A model generated the notes under the pieces. That model saw nothing but the letters and a program-made list of their open reading frames with translations, did no database searches and was not told the origin of the DNA. Positions 60,194 through 64,000 of a stretch of DNA of 64,000 nucleotides are shown here, one piece after another. The stretch spans positions 64,001 to 128,000 of the forward strand of contig JAVYWL010000004.1 of NCBI GenBank assembly GCA_038727135.1, written 5' to 3'. The position numbers and the translations under genes were made by a program. The first letter of the stretch is position 1; the number at the start of each line of letters is the position of its first letter. This DNA comes from Candidatus Bathyarchaeia archaeon (GTDB lineage Archaea > Thermoproteota > Bathyarchaeia > Bathyarchaeales > Bathycorpusculaceae).

Positions 60194-60670
60194 TTGGCAG
60201 TTGAAGGTTTTTCGGGAGGCAGAAAACCAGTAGACGTGAAAGTAGGCGAATTAACCCCCGCCTCAAGGGCTGTAAACGTGAAGGCAAAAGTCGTCTCAAA
60301 AAGCGAAGTTAGAAATGTGGCTTCTGGAAGGGACGGAGCACCCCACAAGGTCTGCGACGCCCTAGTAGGCGACGAGACGGGATGCATTTACCTAACCCTA
60401 TGGGACGACAATATAGCCAAAGTCAAAGAAGGCGAAACAATAAGTATAGGAAACGGCTACGTAACCCTATTCAAGGGGAGCATGCGCTTAAACGTAGGCA
60501 GATATGGCACACTTGAGGTTGCAAAAGAAGCATTAACTGTTGAGGTGAACACACAAAACAATCTTTCATCGAAGGTTTACGAGCAGCAAAGACGACCATT
60601 CAGGGGAAGAGGCGGAAGAGACTTCGGCGGACGGGAAAGAAGAGGCGGGTTCCGCCAAAGAAGATACTAA
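60194..60670 (+). CDS. ssb: Single OB-fold SSB (crenarchaeal type) with RGG tail
   Basis: VGDETG, LTLW, NGY, LNVGRYG. Confidence 0.9.
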   Translation: MAVEGFSGGRKPVDVKVGELTPASRAVNVKAKVVSKSEVRNVASGRDGAPHKVCDALVGDETGCIYLTLWDDNIAKVKEGETISIGNGYVTLFKGSMRLNVGRYGTLEVAKEALTVEVNTQNNLSSKVYEQQRRPFRGRGGRDFGGRERRGGFRQRRY

Positions 60671-60718
60671 CAATCGTAGTCCATCCCGTAATTATCGTAA
60701 ACCCCTTTTATTAGCCTC

Positions 60719-61498
60719 CTATTTTCTCTGCAATACAGTAATTGGTCTGTTAAATCTTTCAGCCTTTTCAAGGGGCTGTTTTAAATCAAAATTGTTGAAC
60801 CAGCCAATAAACTCAAATTTGCCATTCCTTTCAAGGAGTTCAAGAAACTCTTGTGGAAAAATCAGCTTGCCAACTTTTTCGGTCACAAAAACCTTCGTTT
60901 TTTCTTCTTCGATAACTTCAAGTGTTATCTTCTCAATTATTTTCTGCTCCACATAATTTAGCGGTGCAACACTCCAAGCTACATTTATGATAAGCCCGTC
61001 TTTTATCACAGTCCAGCTTTCTCCTCCAAGCCTCGTCCAGTCGAATCGGATGCAGCTATCTAAAAGGTATAAGCCGCCCTTTTCGAGGCATTCAGCCACA
61101 GAATCTAAATGTGTGAGAAGTTCCTTGTTGGTTTCAACGGTCAGGGAGCCGAGCATACAGAAGGCGAAATCAAAGCTTCCTTTAACCTTAAAGTTGCGCA
61201 TGTCTGCATGGATAACCTCTATTTCAACGCCAGCCTTCTTCGCCTTCCCCAAGGAATAGTCTAGCATAGGCTTGCTTATGTCCAAACCGGCAAAGGAGTA
61301 GCCACGCTTAACAAGCTCTAACATGTAGGGGCTTGGGCCACATCCCACGTCGAGGACTCGTTTAACCTTAATTTTTGAAAATCTTCTAATGCACTCTTCG
61401 AAAAAGTTAACCTCCCCGGCTATGTCCCGAAAGCCGAAGGCAACATCATAATAAAACGGATTTTCGTATACCTCTGGATAAGTTTCTCGCTTCGCCAT
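60719..61498 (-). CDS. Class I SAM-dependent methyltransferase
   Basis: VLDVGCG, ADMRNF. Confidence 0.92.
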   Translation of the reverse strand: MAKRETYPEVYENPFYYDVAFGFRDIAGEVNFFEECIRRFSKIKVKRVLDVGCGPSPYMLELVKRGYSFAGLDISKPMLDYSLGKAKKAGVEIEVIHADMRNFKVKGSFDFAFCMLGSLTVETNKELLTHLDSVAECLEKGGLYLLDSCIRFDWTRLGGESWTVIKDGLIINVAWSVAPLNYVEQKIIEKITLEVIEEEKTKVFVTEKVGKLIFPQEFLELLERNGKFEFIGWFNNFDLKQPLEKAERFNRPITVLQRK

Positions 61499-61543
61499 GA
61501 ACTCTCAAAGAGGATAATTAGTCAGAACGCAGATTTAAAGACT

Positions 61544-61879
61544 TCAATTAGCCTTCTCCTCAAAGGCTTTTCTAGCTTCATTCAAGCATTCCAAAAAGCC
61601 AAAATCTTTCTTGACATGGAACTCCAATCCAAGCTTACTGTATAGGCTTTTAATAATGGCTTTCTCAATAACCTCTGCACCGGAACCAAAAATGCTTCTC
61701 AAACATTCGACAAAAATTTCTGGATAGCCCGGAATATCTTCCTTTTTTAGGGCGTAAGACTGTTTTAGGCGAAAATATATGACTTCCCTTCCATTTTCCC
61801 CCAGCATGAGTAACCCTTCATCGATAGCCTCCACTAAAGCTTTTTTGAAGACTTCTGTCCTCTGGGTCATCATGCCCAC
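61544..61879 (-). CDS. NitrOD5/DUF3227-like small output-domain protein
   Basis: AIDEGL..LGE....IYF.L....IP...F...L..IFG.GA.VIE pattern. Confidence 0.7.
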   Translation of the reverse strand: MGMMTQRTEVFKKALVEAIDEGLLMLGENGREVIYFRLKQSYALKKEDIPGYPEIFVECLRSIFGSGAEVIEKAIIKSLYSKLGLEFHVKKDFGFLECLNEARKAFEEKAN

Positions 61880-61880
61880 C

Positions 61881-62636
61881 TCAAAACTCTTTGGCGTGAA
61901 CGTAGAAGGCCATCAAAAAGAATAGGTATGCGAGGTCGAAAAGGACGTCAAGCATATGTCCACTATAATAAGTGCCTTGCGCGGTTGTCCAGCTGAACAA
62001 TATGTCGGCGCAAGCATTCAAGGATATGGCTACTTTAATTAAAAGCCACGACTTTCCTAGTTTCCCCTTCCAGAAAATTATGAGACCTAAAAGTGCCACA
62101 GAAAACAGCGTGAGGTCGAGGATTGGATAGGCAAAGTCTATGACTACTGCTGTTGGGTTCTCTTCAGCCGTTAAAACCGGTGTTAGCAGCACGCTTGTGA
62201 CTAGAATTGTTAGGACAGCTGTTATGATCATGGATAATGCGAACGTTTTCTTTGTTAGTGCGCTGCCAAACAACTTAACGTAAAGATACAAAGCGATGAA
62301 GAAGGGAATGTATCCGCTTATCCAAAAAACGTCGGCGATGGACGGATAGGGCAGCTCAACGCCAAGCACCAGCGTGTATCCAGCCCAAATTGCCTCTCCG
62401 ACAAACCAGAGGAAAAGGCCGCACGTAAAATGGAGCCAAATAACGGAAAATTGTCCTTTTGCCTTTCTCCAATACCTCTCCAGAGACAGACCAGATACAA
62501 CAACCGCTGCACCAGCTATAACGGGCGGAAAAGCGTTGGAAAAAACGCCGATAAAATCCGGATAAAACCCTTGAAGGGCATAAATTAGTATCAGACCAAC
62601 GGTTATTAACAGACCAGCCTTGTAAATCCTCAGCAT
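61881..62636 (-). CDS. Stand-alone multi-TM sensor-like membrane protein
   Basis: About 8 TMs; PSIADVFWISGY, AYPILD, ADILF. Confidence 0.7.
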   Translation of the reverse strand: MLRIYKAGLLITVGLILIYALQGFYPDFIGVFSNAFPPVIAGAAVVVSGLSLERYWRKAKGQFSVIWLHFTCGLFLWFVGEAIWAGYTLVLGVELPYPSIADVFWISGYIPFFIALYLYVKLFGSALTKKTFALSMIITAVLTILVTSVLLTPVLTAEENPTAVVIDFAYPILDLTLFSVALLGLIIFWKGKLGKSWLLIKVAISLNACADILFSWTTAQGTYYSGHMLDVLFDLAYLFFLMAFYVHAKEF

Positions 62637-62888
62637 TCATGTGTCCTCCTTGAAGGGTGCGTGATGCGTGGCTACGTTTGCACGCGGATTTCTCGGAAGT
62701 GCGATGCTTGTCTTTGAGGAATGATAAATACGGGGGTCCCCGCCCAGATATATAAGTTGTGAACAGCAAATCTGAATTGTAAAAGCTCACAATCTGAAGT
62801 TTAGGGCTTGTGGGTTTTTACCGCAACCCTTAAAGCTCTAGTGCACGAAACAAAACATCTCCATCGAAGAAAAGGAGAAGATTATAGT

Positions 62889-64000
62889 ATGTGCTCAGCT
62901 GGAAAGGAGGAGAGAAAACCAACAGTTGAAGAACTTCTTGCAAAGGCGAAAAAGCCGTCACAGCTTGCACCATCCATGCACAAGTTTTATGAAGGAAAGG
63001 TTCAAGTTATGCCAAAATGCGCCATAACAAGCCCAGACGATTTCGCAATATGGTATACTCCTGGCGTTGCAGCTCCATGCAAAGAAATTCAGGCAAACCC
63101 AGAAAAAGTTTTTGAACTAACAAACCGTTGGAACTATGTGGCTGTTGTCTCCGACGGCACCCGTGTTTTAGGTTTGGGCGACATAGGTCCAGAGGCAGCC
63201 ATGCCAGTTATGGAGGGAAAAGCCCTACTCTTCAAGTATCTGGGTGGTGTTGACGCTTTCCCCATATGCCTAAAAACCAAAGACCCTGAAGAAATTGTCC
63301 GCGCCTGCGAGCTTATAGAACCCTCATTTGGCGGAATAAACCTAGAAGACATTGAAAAGCCCAAATGCTTCTACGTCCTGGAAGAAGCCCGAAAAAGACT
63401 GCAAATCCCAGTTTGGCACGACGACCAGCAGGGAACAGCCACAGTCATATTGGCGGGTTTAATAAACGCCTTCAAAATAGTCGGCAAAAAACCAAAAGAA
63501 AGCCTAATAACCCTCGTAGGCGCCGGAGCAGCCAACATCAGAACAGCCTACGTTCTAATAAGGTGGGGAGTAAAGCCTGGAAACATAATAATGGTGGACA
63601 CGAAGGGCATAATCCACGCCGGAAGAAAAGACTTGTCAAAAGAGGAAGACCCATGGAAGTACGAGCTTGCCCAAATAACAAACGCTGAAGGCAGAACAGG
63701 CGACATAGCAGAAGCCTTCAAAGGCGTAGACGCCGTTGTGGCAGCATCAAAACCGGGACCAGGAACAATAAAGAAGGAATGGGTTGCCACAATGGCAGAT
63801 AACGCCATAGTCTTTGCATGTGCAAACCCAATACCGGAAATATGGCCTTGGGAAGCAAAAGAGGCTGGGGCACGCATTGTGGCAACTGGAAGAAGCGACT
63901 TTCCAAATCAAGTAAACAACAGTTTGGGCTTCCCGGCAATTTTCCGTGGGGTCTTGGACGTGAAGGCTAAAACGGTTACTGATGACATGTGCATTGCGGC
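62889..64000 (+). CDS. NAD(P)-dependent malic enzyme (runs off window end; not in ORF track)
   Basis: Manual translation: WYTPGVA, DGTRVLGLGDIG, MEGKALLFK, NLEDI, HDDQQGT, TGRSDFPNQVNN. Confidence 0.95.
   Translation, partial: MCSAGKEERKPTVEELLAKAKKPSQLAPSMHKFYEGKVQVMPKCAITSPDDFAIWYTPGVAAPCKEIQANPEKVFELTNRWNYVAVVSDGTRVLGLGDIGPEAAMPVMEGKALLFKYLGGVDAFPICLKTKDPEEIVRACELIEPSFGGINLEDIEKPKCFYVLEEARKRLQIPVWHDDQQGTATVILAGLINAFKIVGKKPKESLITLVGAGAANIRTAYVLIRWGVKPGNIIMVDTKGIIHAGRKDLSKEEDPWKYELAQITNAEGRTGDIAEAFKGVDAVVAASKPGPGTIKKEWVATMADNAIVFACANPIPEIWPWEAKEAGARIVATGRSDFPNQVNNSLGFPAIFRGVLDVKAKTVTDDMCIA

Noticed and set aside
62640-62760. Possible structured leader (GCGTG...CACGC stem) before the membrane sensor gene
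   Set aside because: The stem is only 5 bp, with no recognisable riboswitch or sRNA boxes
1-64000. Many short antisense or overlapping ORFs in the track (e.g. 12042-12824, 30774-31355, 32247-32966)
   Set aside because: They are shadows of well-supported genes and have no recognisable motifs

Overview
Archaeal chromosomal window, most consistent with Bathyarchaeia or a related TACK lineage (inferred from the crenarchaeal-type SSB, separate Gins23 and Gins51, archaeosortase, non-pyrrolysine MttB and many TTG starts). The backbone is informational genes: RFC, GINS-MCM, the PCNA-priL-priS-gins51-rpl44e-rps27e-aIF2a-nop10 cluster, and aIF2b-aIF1A-RIO1-Dim2. Three accessory blocks interrupt it. 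(1) 3.6-11.4 kb is a candidate new glutamate-regulatory module: an RHH/multi-sensor protein, a GDH with an unfamiliar duplicated N-terminal domain, a KaiC-like pseudo-ATPase, an FMN glutamate-synthase-like protein and a second GDH. It has a phased ATGTWCA motif in its promoters, and two perfect inverted DNA tracts (105 and 56 bp) are shared by the two gdh genes. (2) 18.3-26.9 kb is an archaeosortase and glycosylation cassette interleaved with priS and gins51. (3) 40.6-51.9 kb is a peptide ABC transporter with a non-Pyl MttB, a D-aminoacylase and an atypical M20 hydrolase. Also present are a SerK-cysteine synthase fusion with a tandem palindromic operator, two genes that appear to start at ACG, and a long structured mgtE leader. 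No tRNA, rRNA, CRISPR array or transposase was recognised. All calls come from manual motif reading; no searches were run.
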